In this document: piece after piece, positions 26,713 to 37,878 of the stretch
How the letters are laid out: each line of letters opens with the position of its first letter
Numbering within the stretch: the first letter of the stretch is position 1
Origin: Mobula hypostoma
Lineage: Eukaryota
Length of the DNA: 64,000 nucleotides
Direction: 5' to 3'
Assembly (NCBI RefSeq): GCF_963921235.1
Contig: NC_086097.1
Span: 44,394,001 to 44,458,000, forward strand
Made by a program: the position numbers and the translations under genes
The notes under the pieces: generated by a model
Told to the model about the DNA's origin: nothing
Database searches by the model: none
Seen by the model: only the letters and a program-made list of their open reading frames with translations

Positions 26713-27685
26713 TGTGAGGGGATCCTGCAGTGCCCCTATTAACTGTTTGAAGAGAGACGGAGAGAGACATTCATCATTGATAGTTTGTTTCGAAAGGAGA
26801 GAGAGAGACAGAGTTATTTACCACCGCTATGTTGCTTCTGAAAAGAGAGAGAGAGAGACGAAGATTAACGGTTGGACTGTCACTTTAAGGCATTGGAAGT
26901 AACTTTGGATTTTTACTGAGTTTGGAGTTGGAGACAGCACCGAGCAGCTCGAAGGTTGCTATGGTGACCAAAGGCTGGTTGTTGATGTTACTTTCAAGGA
27001 CATGTTGCCTGCTTGCACTCCTTTACAGACAAAGGAGAGAGGGACTCTTTGAATGACAGGCGATGCTCAGCCTGGTGAAATAAATGAGAGGTCGGATTAT
27101 ACAGACCTCAGGACACATGATCTGGACACTGAATGAGCATTGTGGTGCCCGCACAGAAAGTGGGTTTTGGAGGATCGATCAGGCGGATCGATCCAAATTG
27201 CCATTCCAACGGTAAAGAAGGGGTTGACTGGTGGGGAGTTGTCTATGTGTCCACCCTTGCCGGGGTGATAGCTCCACCACAGGAAGACCGGTCCCCCGGT
27301 TAAAGTCACAGTCGGTGACTTGTAAAGGATTTCGGAGGACGACGAGAAGATCGACGGCATCAGCTCACCCGAGGGCTCAACTCACTCTCTCTCTCTCTCT
27401 CTCTCCATCACTACTCAACTAAATACCACGAACTGAACTGAACTTTACTCAACATCGTAAAACTGTATCTTTTTACCTCTAGACTTAAAGAAGCTTGGTT
27501 TTTTCATACATATATATTCCACACTTACTTTTATATATAATCATTGCTAACCTGTTTGATTTATCTACATTTATATTACTGTATTGTGTAGTTACTAATA
27601 AATATTATTAGTTTATAGCAATATGAGACTCCAAAGTGTTTTCCATCTCTGCTGGTTCTTTATCCCCGTCACGGGGTACGTGACA
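26713..27685 (+). repeat. 5' LTR (973 bp)
   Basis: TGTGAGGGGATCC...GGGGTACGTGACA; direct repeat of 31404-32380. Confidence 0.97.
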
Positions 27686-27692
27686 TAGCAAT

Positions 27693-27711
27693 TGGGGCCT
27701 GCGTCCGCGAT
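27693..27711 (+). promoter_or_regulatory. Primer binding site, tRNA-Pro-like (degenerate)
   Basis: TGGGGCCTGCGTCCGCGAT versus the canonical tRNA-Pro complement TGGGGGCTCGTCCGGGAT, 7 nt after the 5' LTR. Confidence 0.6.
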
Positions 27712-27806
27712 ATGAACAAATTGGTCGGGAGGCTGGTTTGAATTGATTGGGGAAAATCCCTTTTGAATTTGGACTTTTGATTTGGTTGTGTGGAAAAACA
27801 GCAGAA

Positions 27807-28151
27807 ATGGATGTTAGAGACTTTCTGAAATCACCAGACCTGGTGACTTTGAAGTTTGCTAAAAAGTATGAGTTGCGGGACATTGCTAAAGAATTGAGAA
27901 TTGAGAAGGGTGTGAGTAAGGTAGAAATTCAAAGAAAAATAGTTGAATATTATATAGATAAGGGAACATTTAATGAGGAGGTGTTAGAGGTGTTCGTGGA
28001 AGATGAACCTACTGAGGATGAGCTTCAGCTTCTGTTGGAAATATTGAAGAGGGAGCATGAATTGAAATTAAAACAGCTCGAGAGAGAGGCCAGAGAGGCA
28101 GAGAAACAGAGAGAAGAGGCAGAAAGACAGAGACAGCTCGAGAGGGAGTGA
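27807..28151 (+). pseudogene. gag N-terminal remnant
   Basis: MDVRDFLKSPDLVTLKFAKKYELRDIAKEL... followed by an E/R-rich coiled coil, directly downstream of the PBS. Confidence 0.75.
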
Positions 28152-29199
28152 AGAGCAATGTGAAGATCACGTGGCAGAAAGGCAGAGACAGTTTAAAAGG
28201 GAGAGGTTGCAGCAAAGAGGTTTAGAGTCGGACCCTGATGATTCTTACAGCTCGGAAGGGCTAGTTTTGTGTGATGAATTTAAAAGTTGAGCTCCTGATG
28301 AGGTAAGGGCATACCCAGTGGCAGAGGATGCCCCTATCCTGAAGGGGTTTGATAAGAAAGCAGACGAAGAAGTTTTAACCCACGAGGTTGAGTTTACTCC
28401 AGAAGGAAGTTGGCCAGAGAATAGCTGGGAGGTTCGAGATGACCTTGAATTTGAAACTGGGACAAGTGATGAAGGCCTAGAAGAGGCAGCTGTCCCGATT
28501 GCCTGTGTTCAGGTTGTTGAAGTACCTGTGGATTCACAGGGTACTGAACCTTATGTTGAGGCTCAGATAAGGTCTAAGGTGCCTGACTTGGTTGAAAGGG
28601 AATGCAGTCCTTTTGTGTCAGATGGACTTGGTACCAGTGGAATGTGAGGATTCTCAGTCATTTGTAGTAGACTGTGTTTTAAAACCTGGTGAGGTCAGTG
28701 TTGTTGAAAATAATGGCAAAAGTGCTGTTCCTGGACTTTTGGATAAAGTGCTGGAAAAGGTTGGATTGGTTGCGCAACCTTTGACCCTGCTTACAGGACA
28801 AAGGCCTGCTGTGACAGGATGCGCTAGTTTGTTGGATTTTGTTTGGACATTTGGAAGTATGCACTTGCAAGGTCATGCTGTTATTCAGTGTACTGTGATG
28901 GAAGCAAGGCATAGTGAAAGTCAGAGAAAGTTGATAAAAAGATTGTTTGGCCTCTTTCATATTCTCACCAGCCTGATTATGATGCAGAATTTGGTAAACA
29001 ATGGAGGCATGTTGACAGCTCTCCAAGATAAGAGTGTTTCAGCAATTCAGCTGATGTGCAAAGTTTCTGTTGAGGCCTATAGCAAGACCAAAGGTTTAAA
29101 TTATGATGTGTCAGAGACCTTTCTACCTTCCAGATTTCAGCAGGACAGAAGGTAGTACAGCTGATAAGGGTAAGGTGTATAAGAAAAGTTTGTCTTTGT

Positions 29200-29650
29200 T
29201 GAGAAAGGAATGTATCAAGGAACAGAAGCAAGATTCTGAAATGGTGACTTTAGGGGAGATGGCTCTCACAGGAGAGGAGGTTCAGAGAGAGTCAGTGGGA
29301 TATTACCTTAAAGATGGGGTGTTGATGAAGGAGGTGGAGACCAGCCACAGTGCCTGCAAGTCACGTGGTGGTTTTGAAAGGTTACAAGGCTGAAATTTTA
29401 AACATGGCTTACAGTATGCCTTTAGGTGGATGTCATTGTGTAAGAAATGAGGAAAATTGGAACGAGGGGGTTCCCCTCTTCTTATTTAGTGGTGGAGATG
29501 CGATTCAGAAGGCAGTGAAGGGTAATTTGTTGGAACCTGTGTTCAGTTACAGGCCAAAAGGACCTTTGACCTACTCAGAGAATTCTGGAAGGGGTTTAGC
29601 AAGTTTTGTGACTTCGCTAAGGAAAGTTTACAAAACGGTCGAGTCAAAAT
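29200..29650 (+). pseudogene. Integrase remnant with the catalytic core deleted
   Basis: IKEQKQD...YYLKDGVLM and VVVLKGYKAEILNMAYSMPLGGCH (zinc-binding region) run directly into ENWNEGVPLFLF...EPVFSYRPKGPL (end of the core). Confidence 0.7.
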
Positions 29651-30002
29651 AAGACACTTGTTTACTGAAATTGCAGCTGTGAGAATTATTGGAGTACAAA
29701 ATGGAATCGTGAAATCTGATAATGGAATGGAAAAACATGTTTACTCATTGAATCTAGACGCACCAAGATGTCAGAAATCCATTGTTTTGAAAAATATTAC
29801 TTATAAGGTCCACCAGTTGGACCCAAAGCCGAAAAAACAAGTAAAAGTACTAATTGGTGTTTTGAAATGGTACACAGGTGCAATGCATGACATCATTATG
29901 AATTTAGTCCAGCCTATGAAATGGCATCTTCACAGAGTGAACTTTGAGAAAAGTAAAATGGTTGAACAAGAAATTAGAAACAAGAAAGAATAAAGAAAGA
30001 AA

Positions 30003-31278
30003 ATGGATGACGGTATTGATAGAGTGGGGAAGGCCAAATACCTTATTAAGATTGATTTGTTAAAAGGATACCGGGGTGTTCCTTTAACAGAGAGAGTTAA
30101 AGAGATATCAACATTTGTGACACCGTCTAGACTGTATGAATACAATGCTTTACACCTTGGGATGAAAAATCCTCTAGAAACATTTCAAAGAATAATGATC
30201 AATTCTGTGATTGGAGGGTTAGAAAGCACAGGAGTTCATATCACTGATTTAGTGGTCTGGAATGACACATGGGAGGAGCATATTGCAGCTGTAGAGAAAC
30301 TGTTTGATAGACTTTCTAAGGCCAATCTTACTGTGAACCTCGCTAAAAGTAAGTTTGGCCATGCCACAGTCACATATCTGGGTTATGTGGTGGACCAAGG
30401 CCAAATGGCTCCTGTACAGGCAAAGGTTCAAGGGATTGCTGAAGTTCCTGTTCTGACCGACAAGAAAGCTTTAAGAAGGGTTTTAGGAATGGTTGGGTAT
30501 TATAGAAAATTATGTAAGAACTTTGCTGACATTGCTCTCCCCCTAACAAAACTCCTAGGGAAGAGTGAAAGATTTGAATGGAGTGACCCTTGCCAGGAGG
30601 CATTCGAACGTTTGAAAACCATCCTGTGCTCAAAGCACCGGATTTCTCGAAGCCATTTTCTACAACAACAGGTGTTAGTGACGAAGCTGCTGGGGCAGTA
30701 CTGTTACAGAAGGGAGTGAATGACATTGAACACCCAGTAGCTTATTTCTCAAAGAACTTTAATATATACCAGATACACCTAAAAAGCAACTTGGTCTCCG
30801 GACCGGTCACGATCGGGGTGAGGCCCGAACTACCGATGGGAGGTCTTACTCGGTAATGACCTCGCCGGCGGAGAGGTGTACCCAGCAGTAAGATTGACAA
30901 GCCAGGCTGCCAGCATTGAGGCCCCGCCCATGGACTCACAGGTTTATCCCATTTGCGCAGTGACTCGGCGCATGTCCAGAAAGGCTGCCGAAGCAAAAAT
31001 AGATTTAGCATTATTCAACTGTTGAAAAGGAATTACTAGCACTTATTCTGGCTTTACAACATTTTAAGGCCTATGATCAGAGACCTCAAAACCTTTCTGT
31101 TGCTCAGAGACCACTTGTGGTTTGCATGGGTTATAATCCGTTGGTGTTTCTAAATAAAATGAAGGATAAGAATAGAAGGTTGTTAAATTGGAGTCTAGTA
31201 TTGCAGGAAGGTGACTTAAAAATCAAACATGTAAAAGGTACTGACAATGTTATAGCTGATTAGTTATCCAGATATTAA
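30003..31278 (+). pseudogene. RT / RNase H remnant
   Basis: KIDLLKGY, FVTPSRLYEY, HITD in place of YIDD, VTYLGYVV, HPVAYFSK, then YSTVEKELLALILALQHF from 31012 and IKHVKGTDNVIAD near 31222-31260. Confidence 0.9.
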
Positions 31279-31391
31279 GTTGAAAACTGTAACCATTTTT
31301 GCTTTGTCATCTGATGTTTTTTTTCCCTGTATTGTTTAAAACCCTGTGATGGACATTTTAAAAAAATCGTCTTCGACAATTCTTTTTCCTT

Positions 31392-31403
31392 GAGGAAGGG
31401 GAG
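31392..31403 (+). promoter_or_regulatory. Polypurine tract
   Basis: GAGGAAGGGGAG abuts the 3' LTR. Confidence 0.85.
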
Positions 31404-32380
31404 TGTGAGGGGATCCAGGAGTGCCCATATTAACTGTTTGAAGAGAGACGGAGAGAGACATTCATCATTGATAGTTTGTTTCGAAAGGAGAGAGAGAGAC
31501 AGAGTTATTTACCACCGCTATGTTGCTTCTGAAAAGAGAGAGAGAGAGAGAGACGAAGATTAACGGTTGGACTGTCACTTTAAGGCATTGGAAGTAACTT
31601 TGGATTTCTACTGAGTTTGGAGTTGGAGACAGCACCGAGCAGCTCGAAGGTTGCTATGGTGACCAAAGGCAGATCGTTGATGTTACTTTCAAGGACATGT
31701 TGCCTGCTTGCACTCCTTTACAGACAAAGGAGAGAGGGACTCTTTGAATGACAGGTGATGCTCAGCCTGGTGAAATAAATGAGAGGTCAGATGATACAGA
31801 CCTCAGGACACATGATCTGGACACTGAATGAGCATTGTGGTGCCCGCAGAGAAAGTGGATTTTGGAGATCGATCAGGCGGATCGATCCAAATTGCCATTC
31901 CAACGGTAAAGAAGGGGTTGACTGGTGGGGAGTTGTCTATGTGTCCACCCTTGCCGGGGTGATAGCTCCACCACAGGAAGACCAGTCCCCCTGGTTAAAG
32001 TCACAGTCGGTGACTTGTAAAGGATTTCGGAGGACGACGAGAAGATCGACGGCATCAGCTCACCTGAGGGCTCAACTCACTCTCTCTCTCTCTCTCTCTC
32101 CATCACTACTCAACTAAATACCACGAACTGAACTGAACTTTACTCAACATCGTAAAACTGTATCTTTTTACCTCTAGACTTAAAGAAGCTTGGTTTTTTC
32201 ATATATATATATTCCACACTTATTTTTATATATAATCATTGCTAACCTGTTTGGTTTATCTACATTTATATTACTTTATTGCGTAGTTACTAATAAATAT
32301 TATTAGTTTATAGCAATACGAGACTCCAAAGTGTTCTCCATCTCTGCTGGTTCTTTATCCCCGTCACGGGGTACGTGACA
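31404..32380 (+). repeat. 3' LTR (977 bp)
   Basis: Direct repeat of 26713-27685. Confidence 0.97.
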
Positions 32381-32669
32381 ATTATTATACTCAAATAAGA
32401 ACCAGATAGAAAAAAAATAGTTTACATGTTTTTTTTCCACTGTAATCAGGCACTATCATCTCACCGTTGCCAATGAACAGTGTTGACAAGAGCCAATTGA
32501 CATTTAGATTTGTTTATTGTCTCCCTCTGCCTAGTTATCACGTCCCACACACAGTGGCTGGTTTTGATGTATGTTATGTTATTTAGTAGGGTATCACAGA
32601 AGAGTGCAGCATAGCAATATACACAAAACACAGGTCAGGCAGCATCTACGAAGGGAAACAAACAGTTGT

Positions 32670-33700
32670 CAGAATTCACCATGGGAAGCCACTTAAAAGA
32701 ATTGCTTTGGAAATTGACAAGAGTTGTTTTCATTGATGCTTGTGCAATAGTCAGTATGGACTTGTGCAGGAGAGGTCATGCCTTACAAACCAGATGAGTT
32801 TTTTTGAGGAGGTGACAAACATGATTGACGAGAGTAGGGTAGCAGATTTTGTATATGTGGACGTTAGTAAAGTTTTCAATGAGGTCCCTCATGTTGGTTG
32901 ATCCAAAAAATTAAGGCACATGGAATCCTTGGAGGCTTGATAAATTGCATTCAGAATTAGTGGGGACGAGGACTGTCACTAACTGGAGATCTGCGACTAG
33001 TTGTACTCCACAAAGATCAGTGATCAGACCTGTGTTGTTTGAGTTATATCAATGATCTGGATGAACATGCAGGTGGGCTGACTCCAACACAAAAATTAGT
33101 GGAACTATAAATAGCTTGTTAAAGGATTCAGCAGCATATAGAGCAGATGGCATGTAGGCAGGGATGGTGTTTATTCTGAAGCAGTGTGAGGTGTTGCACT
33201 TTGTGAGGTCAAATAGAAGGGGAATGTGCAGAGGAAAGAGCAGGACCCTACAATTGATACACAGAGGGATCTTGGGGTACAACTTCAAGGTTCTGTAAAA
33301 GTGGCAACACTGCTAAATAGAATGAGAAAGAAGGATTATGATATACTTGTCTTCATCAATCAGGGTATAAAAGAAGGGAAAGTCATGTTGTAGTTATATA
33401 AAACTTTAGTTTGGGCACATTTGGAGTGCTGTGTGCCCCTTCACATGGAAGGTGTGGAGTCTTTGAAGAGGGAGCTGAAGAGCTTCCCCAGATGCTGCCT
33501 GGAATACAGTTTATTAACTATTTAATAAGATACTGGACAAACATTAATATTTTCTCTGTAGCATTGGATGCTAAGGGATGACCTGATAAAAGAATGTAAA
33601 ACCATGAGAAGCGTTGATAGGGTAGATACAGCCTACTTCCCAGCACATAAATGCCAAATTATAGAAGGCATAGGATTAGGATGCAATGGAGAAAAGTTAA
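32670..33700 (+). mobile_element. Old CR1 LINE fragment
   Basis: Degenerate CR1 RT-like segments (GGTCATGCCTTACAAAC; AAGTGGCAACAC; TATAAAACTTTAGTTTGGGCACATTTGGAG). Confidence 0.7.
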
Positions 33701-33704
33701 TAGC

Positions 33705-34327
33705 ATCTCTTGATGACCACCCATTTTAATTCTACTCTGAATTCCCACACCTACATGGCTGTATATGGCCTCCTCTACAGCCATGATGAGGCCAAATGTA
33801 GGATGGAGGAGCAACACATCATATTCCTGATGACATGAACATAAATTTCTCTAACTTCCAGCAACCATTCCCTCTGTTTCCCCCACTCACCCACCTGCAC
33901 TTGGCTTTCCCTCATTCTAGTGGCTCTCTCACCTCTTCTCTTCCCCTCCCTTGCCCTCATGCGTGACCTGCCCATCACCTCCTGGCGGTTCCCCACCTCC
34001 TTCCATTTATTCCATGGTCCATTGTCCTCTCCTTTCAGATTCCTTCTTCTTCACCCCTTTACCTCTTCTACCTATCACCTTCTAGCTTCTTACATCATTC
34101 CCTTTCTTCACACCTGCCCCAGCCACCTACCTTTCCCATCATCAGTGCTCATTTACCACCTGCCAGCTTGTCGTCCTCTCCCTCTCCCCACCTTTTTATT
34201 CTGGCTTCTGCCCCCTTCCTTTCCAATCCTGATGAAGGGCCCTAACCCAAAATGACAACTGTTTATTTCCTTCCATAGGTGCTGATTGACCTGCTGAGTT
34301 CCTCCAGCACTTCGTGTGTATTGCTCA
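33705..34327 (+). mobile_element. Penelope-like 3' fragment
   Basis: CATTTTAATTC...GGCCTCCTCTAC...GGAGGAGCAACAC, a pyrimidine-rich 3' region, a degenerate hammerhead at ~34224-34261 and the shared tail. Confidence 0.75.
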
Positions 34328-35451
34328 TGCTGTACGGTTTTGAGTTCGATGATGCCCTGTTAAATAAAGTTACAAATATCAGAGCCAGCAGCTGAGTGTG
34401 GGACATCCTGATTCCACACTATTGTAACTAGGCAGGGGGAGACAACAAATACACTCTCATGTTAATTCTTTCTCATCAGCACAATTCATTAACCTTACCT
34501 CCATATTAACAAGGGATTTTGCTTATGGATGTCTGTGAAACTGGAACCTGCTTGTAACTGGGGGGGGGGGAGGGGAGGGGCGGGAAGAGAAAGAGGTACA
34601 AGAGGTACATTGAAAAAGTACTATGGTTATTACTATGGTTATTGCAAATGCAGATTTCTAAAATGTGTCCTAATAAAATGCTACAAAAAACATTTCAAAA
34701 GTATTGAAACGTAAATATTTTGAGTTTTACATGATAAAGTTTGGGACATGATTAAAGATAGATTAGTGTGTCTGATTGTGTCAAGAAATAACAACTCAAT
34801 GATCATATAATTCATGCATTATAATCCCCGGCAGGAAATGTAATGATATTCAAACAGGTTAAATGCACACACACTGTCAATTTTTTACTGTCAAGTTACC
34901 GTATATTTTTTACTTGACCTAGTAAATAGCTTTTTATATTGAAAATCCCACAATTGCACCCTTTTGCTACTGCAACAGAACTTTAAATTTACATCTATAT
35001 TCTTGGTAATTATTCTCTTTGTCTACTTTATCTGAAGGTTATAATCAGCTCTGCCTTATCATATTCAAAACAACAGAAGTGTGTTAAATATATGTAAGTA
35101 TATAGATGTGATTTGGATTTGGGAAAGGGGTTCAAAATTATGCAGAAGAGATTAAAAGTATGTGAATTTGATTTAATATGGAGGGAGATCTGCATATCAA
35201 ATAACATTAAATGACAAAAAAGATTGTATGCTTTGAGCCAAAAGAGAAGGAGAATTACAGATCAGTAGGGTTGCAGGGACACCTCCTTTTTAAAAATTAA
35301 TGATCTTACATAAATACTAAATTTATATGATTTATTGGATAGGCCACATCTGTATCATAATTTGACCAGCTTGCTTACAGAAAGAGCATCGTCCATGGGG
35401 TCAATACATGAAATTCAAATGCATGGATATTCCAATACATCAATACATATA

Positions 35452-36362
35452 TCAGCAAATTTGCAGATGACACCAAGATCGGAGGTGTAGTGGACAGCAA
35501 GATAGGATATCATGGTTTGCAGAGGGATCTGGATCAACTGGAAAAATCGGTTGAAAATGGCAGATGGAATTTAACACAGACAAGTGTAAGGTTTGCACTT
35601 TGGTAGAACCAACCAGGGTAGGTCTTACACAGTGAATGGTTGGGCACTGTGGAATGTGGTAGAACAAAGGGATCTGGGAATAGACATCCATAATTCATTG
35701 AAAGTGACATCAGGGTTGTAAGGAAAGCTTTTGGCATAGTGGCCTTCATAAATCAATGTATTGAGTACAGGGGATGGGATGTTATGTTGAAGTTGTATAA
35801 CACGTTGGTGATGCCTAATTTGGAGTACTGTATGCAGTTTTGGTCACCTACCTGCAGGAAAGATGCACATAAGGTTGAAAGTGTACATAGAAAATTTACA
35901 AGGATGTTGCCGGGTCTGGAGGAGCTGAGTTATAAGTAAAGATCAATTAAGTTAGGACTTTATTCCTTGGAACATAGAAGATTGAGAGGATATTTGACAA
36001 AGGTATACAAAATTATGAGAGGTATAGATACGGTAAATGCAAGCAGGCTTTTGCCACTGGGTAGATGGGGATGACACCAGACATCATGGGCTAGAGGTGA
36101 AAGGTGAAAAGTTTAAGGGGAACATAAGGGGAAAGTTCTTCATTCAGAGGGTTACTGAGAGTGTGGAATGAGTTGCCAGAACAAGTGACACATGTGAGCT
36201 CAAATTCAATGTTGTAGCAAAGTTTGGACAGGTACATGGATGGCAGGTGCAAGAGAGATATAGTTCTGGTACAGGTCAATGGGAGCAGGCAGTTTAAATG
36301 TTTTGACATGAACTAGATGGGCCGAAGTGCCTGTTTCTGTGCTATACTCTTCTGTGACTCTA
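35452..36362 (+). mobile_element. CR1 LINE 3' fragment
   Basis: Begins at KFADDTKIGG (AAATTTGCAGATGACACCAAG). ORF 35739-35939 has LYNTLVMPNLEYCMQFW. Confidence 0.9.
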
Positions 36363-37029
36363 AAGTCAAATCAGTAATGAGAGTCCTCTTAACATTTTCC
36401 AAGAGCTCTTTACACTCAGCAAAGCAGCTAATTACATAAAATTGGTAATGTATACATAGATACATTCCCAAGATGAAGAAAATAAGGAATTTATTTTTAA
36501 ACTGTGAGGACTTCTGGGACTCAGATCCCTACTAGAAACAATGGTTGAAACTGAACATAAAGAGCTTTAAGAATATCAGTAACGATAAGAAACACTCAGG
36601 GATCAGTCAATCACAATGGAAAGAAACTCGGTTAAGATTGATTAATCAAACTTACAAGTTTGTTTTAGTTAAGTCCAGAGTCCATAAACTTAAAAAAAAT
36701 CTTAAAGGACAGAGAACTAGTTCCAGTCAACAAGTAAAGGTACAACAATTTTATAACATGAAAAGCTATAGAAACATTTTTGAATGAAATACTGTAGTCC
36801 ACAACAACGAATCGCTTGCTCGCTGACAGTGGGGACCTACTCATGCTGACACTTGTCACTTTGAAACTGAATAGAACACTTACCGGATAATTCTTCTTAA
36901 AATGGATAACTATGAATAAAAGGACTTCCTTTCTTCCATTTCTTCCTACCCTGAGAAATATATATCGAGCCGATTAACACGTACAACAACACTAAAAAGA
37001 CAATTTGAGTTGGAAACCCCACTAGAATA

Positions 37030-37670
37030 AGGCCCCGCCTTTAGTCCGTACCATTCATGATTCCCCCGTCACAACGCACTTTCATTTCGTTCCGGCGCTG
37101 GTTAAGCAGCCTTACTCTTCTGAGCTCCTCCAGCATTTTTGTGTGTGTCGCTTACCCCGTGTTCCCGGCTGTAGCTGAAGGAAGGGGAGAAGCGTTTCGC
37201 GAAGCCTGAGCGTGGTGGAAAGACAGGAAGGGAGGAAGAGCCGCAGAGACAAGCCCGGGAGCGCTGCAGCTGCTGTGGAGACGGAACACCGTGTGGGCGT
37301 CGGGGCGTCAGCTCATTGCTGATGCAACCGACGGGGAGGGAAGGTGAGGGCCGGGAATTGGGCTGCATGGGGTCCGGGCAAGGGGGAATGAGGGAGAGGA
37401 TCGGATGAGGACCCTGGACTTGGACTGCGGGAGGGCCACAGGAGAGGAGGAGGAGAAGAAGGAAAGATCGCCTGTCCGAGATCCCGGGAGGGAAAAGAGA
37501 GAAGAGAAAGTGGCGAGGGTGGGCTGTGTGCCCGGGAGAGTGAGAGACGAAGGATAAGAGGAAGGGGCGAGGGCAGACGATCATCTTCTTTATAGCTGTG
37601 GATGAGGGCACAGAGATCCGAGAACCAGCTTGAACCTGGACGTAGGTAAAGGCCGTGAACCTGGCTACTC
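37030..37670. promoter_or_regulatory. CpG/GC-rich bidirectional promoter of WDR25 and WARS1
   Basis: The main non-repeat CpG-rich stretch, lying between the two divergent genes. GC box GGCCCCGCCT at 37031-37040 and ETS core TTCCGG at 37090-37095. Divergent donor candidates at 36884 and 37156 (-) and at 37343 (+). Confidence 0.8.
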
Positions 37671-37770
37671 ATGTGGGTGTAGAGCTCTGGGTATGGGTAA
37701 TCTTGCAGGCGTTTATAATCTGGCTTTTTTTACAGGTGCACAGGCCATTAAGTAACCAGTTTTAGAGAAA

Positions 37771-37878
37771 ATGTCAGCTAATAACTGTGAAATATCCACA
37801 ACCCCGATGGATTTGTATATGAAAGTGGCCGAACAGGGGGACACTGTCCGTTTGCTGAAGTCAAACAAGGCACCAAAG
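37771..37878 (+). CDS. WARS1: Tryptophanyl-tRNA synthetase, coding exon 1 (WHEP helix 1; exon starts at 37736)
   Basis: MSANNCEISTTPMDLYMKVAEQGDTVRLLKSNKAPK. Acceptor TTTTTTTACAG|G at 37735 and phase-0 donor AAG|GTAAAG. Too short to appear in the ORF track. Confidence 0.92.

Larger units (their letters stand above)
26713..32380 (+). mobile_element. Full-length but defective Gypsy-superfamily (Gmr1-type) LTR retrotransposon, 5668 bp
   Basis: Two LTRs with TG...CA ends and a 4-bp TSD ATTA (26709-26712, 32381-32384). PBS and PPT are present. Decayed gag, PR, INT, RT and RH occur in that order. Confidence 0.95.

Noticed and set aside
28592..29155. 187-aa ORF inside the LTR element as a possible env or accessory gene
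   Set aside because: It lies in the protease-to-integrase interval, starts with a decayed protease stretch and shows no convincing signal peptide, furin or TM pattern. Its central part is unassigned.
37076..37205. IRF-like GAAATGAAAGT (minus strand) and GAS-like TTCGCGAA as an interferon-response module of WARS1
   Set aside because: Spacing is non-canonical for both ISRE and GAS, and such short matches are expected by chance. It cannot be supported without conservation or ChIP data.
37102..37672. 169-aa and 119-aa minus-strand ORFs over the promoter
   Set aside because: Low-complexity Pro/Ser/Leu translations typical of GC-rich, stop-poor DNA, with no recognisable domain.
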